Source: Lingula anatina
Lineage: Eukaryota; Animalia; Brachiopoda
Length of the DNA: 64,000 nucleotides
Direction: 5' to 3'
Assembly (NCBI GenBank): GCA_051362555.1
Contig: CM120643.1
Span: forward strand, 9,052,001-9,116,000
The position numbers and the translations under genes are program-made. Position 1 is the first letter of the stretch. Each line of letters starts with the position of its first letter. Below are positions 39,401-52,725 of the stretch, piece after piece. A model generated the notes under the pieces. That model ran no database searches. It saw nothing but the letters and a program-made list of their open reading frames with translations, and was not told where the DNA came from.

Positions 39401-40550
39401 TAACCCTGTATATGTTTAAATTGGAATTAATATTTAAAATCATGGGACTATTTTTGCAGGCATCGAAATAGTGATCGGAGACTTATCATACTTGAAGATA
39501 TTGCAAACCTTGTGTTGCGCTTTGGATCAGCTTAACACGATTACTTTGGCTCCTAACTGATTTTACCACTTTTAGAGGTTAGAAATTCTGTATCACAACG
39601 GAATCTATTTCAGGCGGTTCCACTGCGACGGGCCCTGCACTACAGTTGGCTAAAACGGAACTGGATATCAAAGGTCGCCCAGGCAACGTGAGAGTGGTGT
39701 GGGTGATTACAGACGGCAAATCGAACTCTGGTGTGAAACCTAAGATACCCGCGGATGACCTTAGAGCGAATGGTAAAGAAAATAGATTCATTTTGCTTAG
39801 ATCGCATTTAGTTCAACGGAATAACAGATCCGCGGATCAAATATGGCCGACCCACTTGAATGCTTGTTGCGTAAATCCCACCAGGAATATATTCAGTGTC
39901 TAATTGGAAATTAAGCTGCAATCTTTTAAATGAGTCGCCAAATTTGATCCGTGGATCTGTTTGTCCGCTGTTCTGAATGTGCTCTTAGTTAGTAGGATAG
40001 TTTGGAAGTCGCTGTTTTAGCTACAGTATCAGTGTTTCATAGAATATTTTTCCCATTTAGTGTATATGTCTACTTATGATCTAGCAGTTACCAAATTTGC
40101 ATTTTCATATTTTATTTGCACTCATATTTATCAAATTTGTGCTGCATCAGATATCCCCTCCAAAACACACACTTTCATGAAGAGGTCCTATTCCTTAAAC
40201 CTGTACTGCTTTTTGCACTGGGTTTGCTTAAATCGCCGATTGTACACTATGATGTATTTGGGCAAATAAATTTATATTACGTCAAGGCGTTAATGTCGGG
40301 GTCCGAGTCTGGAGTCACGATGTGTAAAAATAACTTCCACAATTTTGTTACAGGTGTTATGGTTTGTGTTGTTGGCGTCGGCAATTCCGTCAACGACGTG
40401 GAGCTCAACCAGATCGGGGACAAAGGGTGCGTATTCCGCTCAGACTCGTACAGTCAGTTGAAGACGGCAGCCAGAATGGCTTACAACCTGAGCCGACCTC
40501 AACTGAGTTCCGGTTTCTTCAACAACCTTTCGTTCAAGCGTGTTAAATAA
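36461..40550 (+). CDS. Secreted single-VWA protein, copy 2 (~265 aa)
   Basis: Exons 36461-36515, 36794-37011, 37616-37784, 39614-39772 and 40354-40550. Frame open; MIDAS DSSGS/T/TDG intact; a Tc1 element lies in intron 3. Confidence 0.9.
37219..37432. mobile_element. MITE family B (PIF/Harbinger-like, TTA TSD) in intron 2 of VWA copy 2
   Basis: Flanked by TTA; empty site acacgtcttttaca at ~62515 in copy 5; reverse-orientation twin at 49712-49926. Confidence 0.8.
37812..39408 (-). mobile_element. Tc1/mariner element, family 2, in intron 3 of VWA copy 2 (left TIR clipped)
   Basis: Right TIR AATATTCCATATTAAGTAGTAACCCTG followed by TA; the left end retains TACTTAATATGGAATATT. The element is absent from copies 1, 3 and 5. 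Confidence 0.9.
38108..39137 (-). pseudogene. Frameshifted Tc1 DD34E transposase
   Basis: Pieces in different frames: MVRQLSNAAYYGI..WTAIARQ, PRPGCSRITTRRQDR, RPVGKPLLTAGHIRQRLQWA..WNHVVFGDEA, NSPDMNPIENL. Confidence 0.88.
39800..39984. mobile_element. MITE family A (TTA TSD) in VWA intron 4; also at ~44867-45038, ~51998-52184 and rearranged at 63228-63555
   Basis: Arms aacagatccgcggatcaaat / atttgatccg.ggatctgtt with TTA flanks; the empty site ttgcttagttac is at ~31465 in copy 1. Confidence 0.82.
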
Positions 40551-41051
40551 AAATGATTTGCAATATCGGTGCACTTACCAAAGCCAATCGAAAAACACAT
40601 AGCTTAGCTTTGCACTGTACATTCCCGAACATGTATTTTAATCGCTTGGATAATCATGCAAACAAGATGAATTTATATCTTAGCAAAGTTTATTGAGAAA
40701 AAATTATTTTGACTGTGAGAAAAACATAAGCATTAGCAATTTTATATTTATTTGGATGGTTCGTTAGACGTTAAGGAAACAGCTACTCTGATTTATCATT
40801 GATTAAGTTTATCTTCTATTTTAATGCACACGTGTGTGGACGATTTTTTTCGATGCAGTTTCGAAAGATCTCTTGTTTGTTTCATTTATGTTATGTGGTG
40901 TCACTTTTGACAATAAAAATGTGCAAACTGATTTAGTAGAACTTTGAGTATGCTATACACATAGAAAATCAATCGAGGCAACATGGGGATGATAATTTAA
41001 GGAAACTCACGACAAAGTTAAACGTGTTAAGTGAAAGGTCGATTTATTACA

Positions 41052-42189
41052 CAGACTTGACATTTAATATAGAATATTTTTTCTAAACCATATTTTGCCA
41101 GTTTTTTCCTTCTTTGTTGACTGATAAATGAAAATAAAGATTGAAATAGTGTTGTGATAACTTTAAATAATATCACTGATGTCATGGTGACATCACTTCT
41201 TTAATTGAATTCGCCAGTGAAGCAACCAAAAATACATTGCCTACTCTAAGTCATACGACAGCCATTGAAAGCGATATTTTGGATCTCCATATTTTAGCGT
41301 CTTTACAAGAGTTACACGTCACACAAAGGACCTTCATGTCAATGTCTTGTCACAGCAAAGGTCGCTGTTACGCCTGACCTCATCTGGCTGCTACCAGAGC
41401 TTTCAAGCAGCAAGGCATTCCTTCGGATAGGTTTTTAGAGTGTAATCTGGAATAAAATTTGTCCAATTTGGTTCAGTATTGTTGCAGGTCGTTGATTTGG
41501 CGAGAAATGATCTACCAAAATATTGTCTAAGACGATGTGGCTCAGAAATGGCGATTTTGATGACCAAGGTAGCTGCTCATTCCCCAATGTGCACCAATGT
41601 GGTACCCACTCCAAATACTGACGTTTTTATGACCCTTGTCACTTAAAAAGCGGCAGACACTTATTCGTGGGCCTATTCAGGATGTCTGTAAACTCTGTTT
41701 TGACTAGATGAGCGGTACAGATGGAAGCTGACATCAATAAAGAAAACCACGTGGTTTTAGTTAATTCATTAGAGAAAGAAACGGCGCTGTTTTGCTGTAT
41801 ATAGTAGTTTCGTCAGAGGCCGTCTGGGATCCTAACCTGCTATAACCAGTTTCGTGTTTGCTGAGAGCCTTGAAAACGCGTTTTGGAGGAAATTTGCCCT
41901 TTATTCTGAACGGACTGGGTGATATTTGTTAAGTTGCAGCAGCATATCCCGAAGATCTGAGACTGAAGATGCGAGGTTGTTCTGTTATGCTTCTCTGTGC
42001 ACGTAAAGTGAAAGACTGAGTCGAATCTGGAGTCATGTCGGAGCCCATAGATTAGTTAATTCGTTAATGGAAATTGATACACGGAAATTCAATACAGTTA
42101 TAAATTAAAGTTAAAGTCATTTTAGACGGTTCACAACAATATGGATACTTTTTTGACAGAATCGTGCTTCGCCAAAGTCCAGCTTTGAT
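41052..42189 (-). mobile_element. Tc1 family 1, truncated copy downstream of VWA copy 2
   Basis: One TIR at 41052; the other end is lost at the junction with the CACTA element. About 180 bp of foreign filler sits at ~41955-42138. Confidence 0.85.
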
Positions 42190-42522
42190 CACTAGTGCGC
42201 CTTAGCAATTAGGCAAATTAACACTTTCTTGACAAGAGACCACCCTTTGCTACTCACACAATGGCATTCTTCTTGATTTGATTGAATTGGCTGCTATCTT
42301 CACCTGGCTGGCTGGAAAGTCTGTCCAAATTTGGACTGAATGTATGAGGGGAGATAATTGCTTTACCATTTCAGTTGAAGTCTGACCAATAAAAGTCTTA
42401 CTCACTGAGTTTTTAGTCTGAAGATCAACCATAACTTAAGACTCCTTACTGAATCTTTAAGACCGCGACAGTCCAGCTTTTGTCTTAAATTGCACTTTAA
42501 GACCAAATCAGGCACACTAGTG
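42190..42522. mobile_element. CACTA-type element, duplicated with the VWA unit
   Basis: CACTAGTGCGCCT...AGGCACACTAGTG followed by GAC, with the same right flank as the copy at 35161. Confidence 0.82.
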
Positions 42523-43300
42523 GACCCTTACTGTTATAAGATGTGGTATCACAACACATCAACATATGGGATTTCATAGAACCTTAAATAGCTGTAAACT
42601 GGTGTATATATGGACATATCCAATGGCATAATTTAAACGCTCTCATGGTACAGGGTAGGATGAATTTTCTGCGAAGCGTTTTTTCCTGATAGAAAAAAAT
42701 CCGTTCAAACAATAAAAAAGTAAGACACACACGTGGCATTTCTTTCCTAAAATATATCTGATATTAATTGCATCGGTTTGAACAGATATTATTTTCTAAA
42801 ATGTGAATTATAGCTAATAAAATTAATAAAGCTACTGAAATTAATGATTGCTTTATTATTAATTGATTTTGTAAATAAACCATTGCGGGATGAAATTTGG
42901 ACAATGTGTTTACAGAGAGAGACAAGAACATTATGGTCGCCTAATTCTACGACCAACCCTTCTATTAATTGCCATTATTCCTTTTCTTTCCTTAATCGTG
43001 TTAATCACTGTGTTTTTCATGCGGTAAGAGTTAAAAAGCCATTAAAAAGAAAATGCACTTCAATTCGGCGCGTGCTATGTCGAACTTCTTACATAATTGT
43101 TTCGGCGAACCTCGCTGAATATAAAGAAGTCTTAATTGCCTTTACGCTGTTTTCCTTTTAAACGTATGAGGGAATTTATCTTCTCAGTCAGGTGAAATAT
43201 TTTGTTAAGCCGTGACAGAACAAGTATATGAAGGCAGTCGCGAGTCAACAGCACACGATAACCAAGATATAAACAAGAACTAACCAAGAGAGAAATAGAG

Positions 43301-43906
43301 ATGCAGACAATGAAAGTGTTCGTGGTTTTTGTTGCTATATTCGCGATTGAGCAGGGTAAGACAATATGAATCTTAAATAATTAGTTAGCCTATTTAATCC
43401 ATTTGTTGTTATTGCAGTGATAAATACATTTCACAGTGTTTATTTCGTACTTTTTGTAGAAACATACACTAACGTATGAACTTAATAGCAACTCTCATTC
43501 ACATACACACTCTCCCTCTCTCTATCTTTCACACATAAACACATACACACACGCACACACACACACACACACACACACTAACAAACAGGACAAATCATTG
43601 ATATATAATCCAACATGCTTTATAATGGAATAATGCTTTCTTTCACAGCATCAGCGGCAGTAAGTACAAATACTTTTGCCAGAGCATTACACAATAAGCT
43701 ATCCAGTCTTCTGAATCCACAGCTTGTGTTTCCCACGATATCGCCTGATAGCTTTCAGGTTCGACCCAAACATGTGACTCCCAAGCTTGACACTCTTTTT
43801 GTTCTCGACAGCAGCGGGAGCATAACTGCCAAGCATTTTGAAAAGGCAAAGGATGCATGCGAGGTAACTTTTGATACTGAGTACATGTGCATGTACCTGT
43901 ATACAG

Positions 43907-43950
<44 letters not shown>

Positions 43951-45591
43951 TACACACACGCGCACAAACACGCATATATATCTACATGTATATAACCTTT
44001 TCACTTAGAGGTACCATTTGTAACGTTTAAAAATGAATTTTTGCGGATAGGTCGGTTATATGAAGTAGAAAATATTATAAAAGAAGTAACTTAGTCCTAC
44101 ATGTAAAAACATGGCGTTTAAAAGTAACAACATTTTACGATAAAACATTATTAACCTCGTCTTTTATCATCATTATTATTAATTGTCATCTGTATCTAAT
44201 GAAATATCTTATACATTTTACAACACAATTAGGCTGTACTTTATCTTATCTTCTTCAATACGATATACTTATTATTCAGATTCTAGTAGACTACATTCAC
44301 GGCAAGTCACCGATTGGAAAGTATGGATCACGGGCCGGACTCATCGAGTATTCTACCCAGAGCAAAACCCATGTTGAATTTTCATTCGGCGACTACAACA
44401 CTGTCAGTACTATAAAAAACAGGATCAATCAAACGGATTTTGATGACGGTAGCAGGTTTTAATTCTCTATAAATATAGGTTTTAAATTGGAATTAATGTT
44501 CAAAATCATGGGACTATTCACTGCAGGCCCCGCAATAGTACTTGGAGATGTTTCGTAATTGCAGACATTGCATACCGTGTGTTGCGGTTTGGATCATCTT
44601 AACACGATTACTTTGGTTCCTATCTGATGTCACCATTTTTAAAGGTTGGACATCCTGTATCACAACGGAATCTATTTCAGGCGGTGCCACTGCGACGGGC
44701 CCTGCACTTCAGTTGGCTAAAACGGAACTGGATGTCAAAAGTCGCCCAGGCAACGTGAGAGTGGTGTGGGTGATTACAGACGGCAAATCAAACTCTGGAG
44801 TAAAACCTAAAATACCCGCTGATAACCTCAGAGCAAATGGTAAAGAAACGAGCTTCATTATTGCTCAAAGCGCATTCAGAACAACGAGTTTACAGATCTG
44901 CCGATCAAATAAGGCCGACCCACTTGGATGCTTGTTGCATAACACCCGCGGGGAACCTATTTAGTGTCTTATCGGGAATTAAGCGGCAAGCTTTTCAATG
45001 ATCCGCGGATATGTTAGTCCGCTGTACTGGATGCGCTCTTAGTTACTAGGATGGTTTACTAAGTCGTTATTTTAGCTCTAGTATCAATGTTTCATGGAAT
45101 CTTCTTCCCATTTAGAGTATCTATATACTAATGACTAAGCAGTTACCTAATTAGCATTTTTATGTTTTATTTGCACACCTATTTATCAAATTTGTGCTGC
45201 ATGATAAACACTTTCATTAGGAGGTCCTATTCTCGAAACCTGTACTGCTTTTTGCACTGGTTTGCTTAAATCGCAGATTGCTCACCATGACATATTTTGG
45301 CAACTATATTTATAGTATTTTACCTGCTTACGTCAAAATAAATATCAAGGCGTCTGAAGTTATTATATGTAAAAATACTTCCACAATTGTGTTACAGGTG
45401 TCATGGTTTGTGTTGTTGGAGTTGGCAATTCCGTCAACGCCGTGGAGCTCAATCAGATCGGGGACAGCGGCTGCGTATTCTTTTCAGACTCGTACAGTCA
45501 GTTGAAGACGGCAGCCAGAATGGCTTACATCCTGAGCCGACCCCGCTTGAGTTCGGGTTTCTTCAACAACCTCACGTTCAAGCGTGTTTAA
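43301..45591 (+). CDS. Secreted single-VWA protein, copy 3 (~263 aa)
   Basis: Exons 43301-43355, 43649-43863, 44280-44448, 44681-44839 and 45398-45591. Frame open; MIDAS intact. Confidence 0.9.
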
Positions 45592-46101
45592 TGGAAACGT
45601 TTTGCAATTTCGATGCACTTATCAAAGTCATTCGAAAAACACGTAGAGTAGCTTTGTACTGTACATTCCTACTGGTAAACAGTTATTTTAATCACTTGGA
45701 TAATCGTGCAAACAAGATGGATTTATCTTAGCAAAGTCTATTGAGAAAAAATTATTTTGACTGTGAGAAAAACATAAGCATTAGTAATTTTATTTATATT
45801 TGGATGGTTCGTTACACGTTAAGGAAACAACTACTCTGATTTATCATTGATTAAGTTTATCTTTTATTTTAATGCACACGTGTGTGTACGATTTTTTTTC
45901 GATGTGGTTTCGAAAGATCTCTTGTTTGTTTCATTTATGTTATGTGGTGTCACTTTTGACAATAAAAATGTGCAAACTGATTTAGTAGAACTTTGAGTAT
46001 TCTATACACATAGAAAATCAATCGAGGCAACCTGGGGGTTGATGATTTAAGGAAACTCAGGACAAAGTTAAACGTGTTAAGTGAAAGGTCCATTTATTAT
46101 A

Positions 46102-47231
46102 CAGACTTGACATTAAATATGGTATAAAATTTTCTAAACCATATTTTGTCATTTTTTCCTACTTTGTTGACCGATAAATGAAAAAAAAATGAAATAGTGT
46201 TTTAATAACTTTTAGTAATATCTTTGATGTCATGGTGAGATCACTTCTTTAATTGAATTCGCCAGTGAAGCAACCAAAAATACATTGCCTATTCTAAGTC
46301 ATACGACAACCATTGAAATCGATATTTTGGATCTCCATATTTTAGCGTCTTTAAAAGAGTTACACGTCACACAAAGGACCTTCATGTCAGTGCCTTGTCA
46401 CAGCAAAGGTCGCTGTTACGCCTGACCTCATTTGGCTGCTACCAGAGCTTTCAAGCAGCAAGGCATTCCTTCGGATAGGTTTTTAGAGTTAAATCTGGAA
46501 TAAAATTTGTCCAATTTGGTTCAGTATTGTTGCAGGTCGTTGATTTGGCGAGTAATGACCTACCCAAATATTGTCTAAGACGATGTGGCTCAGAAATGGC
46601 GATTTTGATGACCAAGGTAGCTGCTCATTCCCCAATGTGCACCAATGTGGTACCCACTCCAAATACTGACGCTATTAATGACCCTTGTCACTTAAGAAGC
46701 GGCAGACACTTATTCGTGGGCCTATTCAGGATGTCTGTAAACTCTGTTTTGACTAGATGAGCGGTACAGATGAAAGCTGACATCAATAAAGAAAACCACA
46801 CGGTTTCAGTTAATTCATTAGAGAAAGAAACGGCGCTGTTTTGCTGTATATAGTAGTTTCGTCAGAGGCCGTCTGGGATCCTAACCTGCTATAACCAGTT
46901 TCGTGTTTGCCGAGAGCCTTAAAAACGCGTTTTGGAGGAAATTTGCCCTTTATTCTGAACGGACTGGGTGATATTTGTTAAGTTGCAGCAACATATCCCG
47001 AAGATCTGAGACTGAAGATGTGAGGTTGTTCTGTTATGCTTCTCTGTGCACGTAAAGTGAAAGACTGAGTCGAATCTGGAGTCATGTCGGAGCCCATAGA
47101 TTAGTTAATTCGTTAATGGAAATTGATACACGGATACAGTTATAAATTAAAGTTAAAGTCATTTTAGACGGTTCACAACAATATGGATACTTTTTTGACA
47201 GAATCGTGCTTCGCCAAAGTCCAGCTTTGAC
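46102..47231 (-). mobile_element. Tc1 family 1, truncated copy downstream of VWA copy 3
   Basis: Nearly identical to 41052-42189, including the filler and the junction. Confidence 0.85.
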
Positions 47232-47564
47232 CACTAGTGCGCCTTAGCAATTAGGCAAATAAACACTTTCTTGACAAGAGACCACCCTTTGCTACTCACA
47301 CAATGGCATTCTTCTTGATTTGATTGAATTGGCTGCTATCTTCACCTGGCTGGCTGGAAAGTCTGTCCAAATTTGGACTGAATGTATGAGGGGAGATAAT
47401 TGCTTTACCATTTCAGTTGAAGTCTGACCAATTAAAGTCTTACTCACTGAGTTTTTAGTCTGAAGATCAACCATAACTTAAGACTCCTTACTGAATCTTT
47501 AAGACCGCGACCGTCCAGGTTTTGTCTTAAATTGCACTTTAAGACCAAATCAGGCACACTAGTG
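47232..47564. mobile_element. CACTA-type element, duplicated with the VWA unit
   Basis: GAC-CACTAGTGCGCCT...AGGCACACTAGTG-GAC. Confidence 0.82.
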
Positions 47565-48376
47565 GACCCTTACTGTTAGAAGATGTGGTATCACAACACA
47601 TCAACATATGGGATTTCATAGAACCTTAAATAGCTGTAAACTGGTGTATATATGGACATATCCAATGGCATAATTTAAACGCTCTCATGGTACAGGGTAG
47701 GATGAATTTTCTGCGAAGCGTTTTTTCCTGATAGAAAAAAATTCGGTCAAACAATAAAAAAGTAAGACACACACGTGGCATTTCTTTCCTAAATTCTTTG
47801 TATTCAATTAAATATGATTTTGGTGACAAATACATATCTGATGTTAATTGCATCGGTTTGAACACATATTATTTTCTAAAATGTGAATTATAGCTAATAA
47901 AATTTATAAAGCTACTGAAATTAATGATTGCTTTATTATTAATTGATTTTGTAAATAAACCATTGCGGGACGAAATTTGGACAATGTGTTTACAGAGAGA
48001 GACAAGAACATTATGGTCGCCTAATTCTACGACCAACACTTCTATTAATTGCCATTATTCCTTTCCTTTCCTTAATCGTGTTAATCACTGTGTTTTTCAT
48101 GCGGTAAGAGTTATAAAGCCATTAAAAAGAAAATGCACTTCAATTCGGGGCGTGCTATGTCGAACTTCTTACATAATTGTTTCGGCGAACCTCGCTGAAT
48201 ATAAAGAAGTCTTGCCTTTACGCTGTTTTCCTTTTAAACGTATGAGGAAATTTATCTTCTCAGTCAGGTGAAAAATTTGGTTAAGCCGTGACAGAAAAAG
48301 TATATTAAGGCAGTCGCGAGTCAACAGCACACGATAACCAAGATATAAAGAAGAAATAACCAAGGGAGAAACCGAG

Positions 48377-48906
48377 ATGCAGACAATGAAAGTGTTCGTG
48401 GTTTTTGTTGCCGTATTCGCGATTGAGCAAGGTAAGACAATATGAATCTTAAAAATTAATTAGCCTGTCTTAACCCAATTGTTGTTTTTGCAGTGATAAA
48501 TACAGTTCACAATGTTTATTTCGACATTTTGATAGATACATGCACTTATGCATGGTTTTAATAGCAACTGTCATATACTCTCTCTCCCTCTCTCTCTCCC
48601 ACACACACAATGGGACAAATCATAGATATCTAATCCAACATGTTGCATAATGGGATATGCTTTCTTTCACAGCATCGGCGGCAGTAAATACAAATACTCT
48701 TGCCAGAGCATTACACAATAAGCTATCCAGTCTTCTGAAACCCCAGCTTGTGTTTCCCCCGGTACCGCCTAGTCGTAGCTATCAAGTTCAACCCCAGCTT
48801 GTTACGCCCAAGCTTGACTTTCTTTTTGTTCTCGACAGCAGCGGGAGCATTACTGCCAGGTATTTTGAAGAGGCAAAGGATGTGTGCAAGGTAATTTTGT
48901 ACACAT

Positions 48907-48939
<33 letters not shown>

Positions 48940-51900
48940 TACACCCACACACACGCACAAATACGCATATTTACAGGTATATAACATTTTCACTATGAGG
49001 TACCACGCAACGATCGAAAATGAATTTTGGCAGACAGGTCCGTCATATGAAGTAGAAAATATTATAAAAGAAGCTACTTAGTCCCAAAAACATGGCTTTT
49101 ACCTTTAAAAGTAACTACATTTGATGAGAAAATATCATTAACCTTGTCTTTTATCATCATTATTATAAATTGCCTTCTGTAGTTATACAAAATATTCTTA
49201 TCTTATTTTTTTCAATACGACATACTTATCATTCAGATTATAGTAGACTACATTCATGGTAAGTCACCGATTGGAAAGTATGGGTCACGGGTCGGACTCA
49301 TCGAGTACTCTACCAAGAGCAAAACCCATGTTGAATTTTCATTTGGCGACTACAACACTGTCAGTACTATAAAAAACAGGATCAGTCAAGTGAAGTTTGA
49401 TAACGGTAGGACAGGTTTTAATTCTCTATAAATACAGGGTTGCTACTTAATATGGAATATTTTTTATCATTGTTATTTTTGAGTGCTGATTAATTTTTTT
49501 TGACTTGAGTCATTAAAAAAGTATGTCACTGAGTGATAATAACATCCAGTCTTCTGTTGTGAGATATTTTGGTCAATAATATCAAATCTGACATAAGATG
49601 TCATTCAAAAGAAAAGAAAACCCCAGAAAACCATATCAACAGTTTGATGTCAGTATAAACTTTAAGGTAAGATATTAAAGAAAATGATAGCCTCCGGACA
49701 GTGATATCTTAGGCTCTATTCCCATAGATTTTAGATCGATATATCCCCGCGGGGAGTCTCACTAGGTTACTTTCAGATAATCCGACTTAAATGTCCGTCC
49801 CGCCTACTACAAGCTGTAAGGATGTAATTAACTTTCGTGTCCGCCCGGCTGACAGCTATTTAGCGTGAACCCCCAGGGAGTTAGGTCGATCTAAAGTAGG
49901 TCGATCTAATCTATGGAAATGGGGTGTTACACAGTCAAAGAACTCACTACAGTAAATCATGAAAAGTCAGTAATTGCGGGTATGACCTCCAGCAGCCGCT
50001 TCCAGCGCCCTCATCCTACATGGCATACCCTGTGACACGTTTTTTAGAGTTTGGGTGGGGATATCATTTTACGCAGTGATATTTGCCTGTCGCAGTTCAT
50101 CACTGTTTACCGGCCGAGGACCATAGCTTTTAATTCTGTGAGTTACTTCCGCCCACAGATTTTCAATTGGGTTCATATCTGGAGAGTTTGCAGGCCAGGG
50201 CAGTTGCTGAACCCATTGGTTTTGAAGAAAAACAGTGATTCTGCGGCCTCGATGTGGGGTTGCGCAGTCGTCTTGGTACACAAAGTTGTTCCTGAAGATG
50301 ACTCTTACCAATCGAAGCATTGTTTGCTGTAGAATGTCTCTGTAGGAATCCTGGATGAGGTTGCTTCCTAGAAAAACCAACTGGTTCTGGGCACCGACAT
50401 GAAATGCTCCCCAAACAGAGACGTTACCATCCCCTACTTGCACCCTAGGCAGTACACAATTATTGTTTTATGCCCCTCGTACACGTCAGTGGACACGGAT
50501 TCGACGATCAACCCTAAAAAATCCATATCTGGCCTCATTACTGAAAACGACGTGATTCCAGTGTTTTGGCTGCAAACGCACGTGGTCCCCAGCCCATTGC
50601 AGACGTCCTTGTATATGACCTGCTGTTAACAGTGGTTTCCCTACTGGCCTTCGTGCAAAATAAACGGCTTGCAGAAATCTCTTGTTCACGTGGGACCTTG
50701 AAACGGGCGTTTGAATGACATTCTGCCTCTCTTTTCTGAGGACACTGGTTGTCTTTGTACGATCAGCACGGCGTCCTCTAAAGAGAAGGCGATCCTGTCT
50801 TCTTGATGTGATACGCGGACACCCTGGTCGAGGTATTGGAGTAGGTGCCCCTGTTGCAGCATTTCTTTTGAGGACTTCACAAACGGTTCCTGATAAATGT
50901 TGAATTACCTGGCAATGGCTGTCAGTTTCTGGCCATTTTCGCTGAGAGCAAGATTCCCATAGTACGCTGCGTTGTTTAGCTGTCGAACCATATCTTCACT
51001 AAGGTACCTGTCAAGTTTCAGAGCGATCCCTTTGTTGCTTCTCTAAACACACTCCAAAGATTGACCAAACCCATGCGTTTTTATACAAGGGCAGAAATTG
51101 CCAAAAAGACCACCCCTCACATTTCTGACCACAGAACATGGATGATATTTTTAAGGACAGGATGGAGAAAAGAATTGTCAACACCATGAAAGACGCTTTC
51201 CATCCTGCATCCTCTCTTTTTACTTTTTTACCAAGCAACAGTAGACTTTTAACTTTTAAAGGCAGTAAACGCTTTTTAAACAGCTTTTATCCAAGTGCAG
51301 TGACGCATTTTAATTTGATCTCAAAGCTAAATTCTTAATTTATTTATTTATTGTTTTATTTTATTATTTTACTCTGTATATTGCTCCAATGGAAAATGAT
51401 TTCCGATTTTTATAATTGGCTAAATAAACTCTTATCTTATCTTAACTGCATGCATCAATTGTTTCGAGAGTTGTGTGGTAATTAGGTAACACACCTGGCT
51501 ACACATGGAGTGACACCTCAGATTTGGATTTAAAGTAGTTAGAGAGAAATTAAATATTTTGTAGAAAATTTACTCTCCAAAAAATAATATTCCATATTAA
51601 GTGGTAACCCCGTAGGTTTAAATTGGAATTACAAACATCATGGGACTACTTTTGCAGGCCTCGCAATAGTGCTCGGAGAGTTATCATAATTGCAGACAAT
51701 GCAGAGCTTGGGTTGCGCTTTGGATCACCTAAACTCAATAACTTTGATTCTTAACTGACTTTACCATTTTTAAAGGTTAGAAATTCTGTATCACAACGAA
51801 ATTTATTTCAGGCAGTGCCACTGCAACCGGCCCCGCACTGCAGTTGGCTAAAACAGAAATGAATGCCAAAAGTCGTCCTGGCATCGTGAGAGTGGTGTGG

Positions 51901-52672
51901 GTAATCACAGACGGAAAATCAAACTCCGGAGTGAAACCTAAGATTCCCGCGGATGACCTTAGAGCGAATGGTAAAGAAACTAGCTTCATTTTGCTTAGAT
52001 CGCATAGAGACTCAACGGAATAACAGATCCGCGGATCAAATATGGCCGACCCACTTGAGTGCTTGTTGCATAATACTCGCGGGGAACCTATTTAGTGTCT
52101 TATCGGGAATTAAGCGGCAAGCTTTTAAATGAGTCGCCATGTTTGATCCGCAGATCTGTTGGTCCGCTGTGCTGAATGCGCTTTAAGTAAATAGGGTGGT
52201 CCTGGAATCTTCTTCCCATTGATCTAGCAGGTACCAGATGTGCATTTTCATATCTTATTTGCACTCATATTTATCAAATTTGTGCTGCGTGAGATATCCC
52301 CTCCTTAAACACTTATCTCGAAACCTGTACTGCTTTTTGCACTGCTTAAATCGCAAATTGTACACCATGGTGTATTTCGGCAACCATATGTAATGTATTT
52401 TTCCCCGCTTACGTCAAAATAATGTCAATGCGCCTGATTTTACTATATTTAAAAAACACTTCCACAATTTTGTTACAGGTGTCACGGTTTGTGTTGTTGG
52501 CGTCGGCAATTCCGTCAACGACGTGGAGCTCAATCAGATCGGGGACAGCGGGTGTGTATTCCGCTCAGACTCGTACAGTCAGTTGAAGACGGCAGCCAGA
52601 ATGGCTTACAACCTGAGCCAACCCCAACTGAGTTCCGGTTTCTTCAACAACCTTTCGTTCAAGCGTGTTTAA
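48377..52672 (+). CDS. Secreted single-VWA protein, copy 4 (~264 aa)
   Basis: Exons 48377-48431, 48673-48890, 49237-49405, 51812-51970 and 52479-52672. Frame open; a Tc1 element with nested insertions lies in intron 3. Confidence 0.9.
49712..49926. mobile_element. MITE family B nested in Tc1
   Basis: TTA flanks; reverse complement of 37219-37432; absent from the sister Tc1 at ~38078. Confidence 0.82.
51129..51445 (+). mobile_element. 3' fragment of a CR1-group (Rex1/Babar-like) LINE nested in Tc1
   Basis: Peptide KDAFHPASSLFTFLPSNSRL..KRFLNSFYPSAVTHFN resembles the C-terminus of these ORF2s. It is followed by an AT-rich UTR, AATAAA and a (TCTTA)n tail, and is absent from the sister Tc1 at ~39275. 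Confidence 0.75.
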
Positions 52673-52725
52673 TAAAAATGATTTGCAATATCGGTGCACT
52701 TACCAAAGCCAATCGAAACACGTAG

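Larger units (their letters stand above)
49435..51612 (-). mobile_element. Tc1 family 2 in intron 3 of VWA copy 4, with decayed DD34E transposase and two nested insertions
   Basis: TA-CAGGGTTGCTACTTAATATGGAATATT...AATATTCCATATTAAGTGGTAACCCCG-TA. The peptide NNFVYQDDCATPHR..WPANSPDMNPIENLW gives 34 residues between the second D and the E. Confidence 0.92.

Noticed and set aside
42250-42432. 60-aa ORF repeated at 47292-47474
   Set aside because: It lies inside the non-autonomous CACTA element; the identity reflects recent duplication, and the copy at 35161 has indels.
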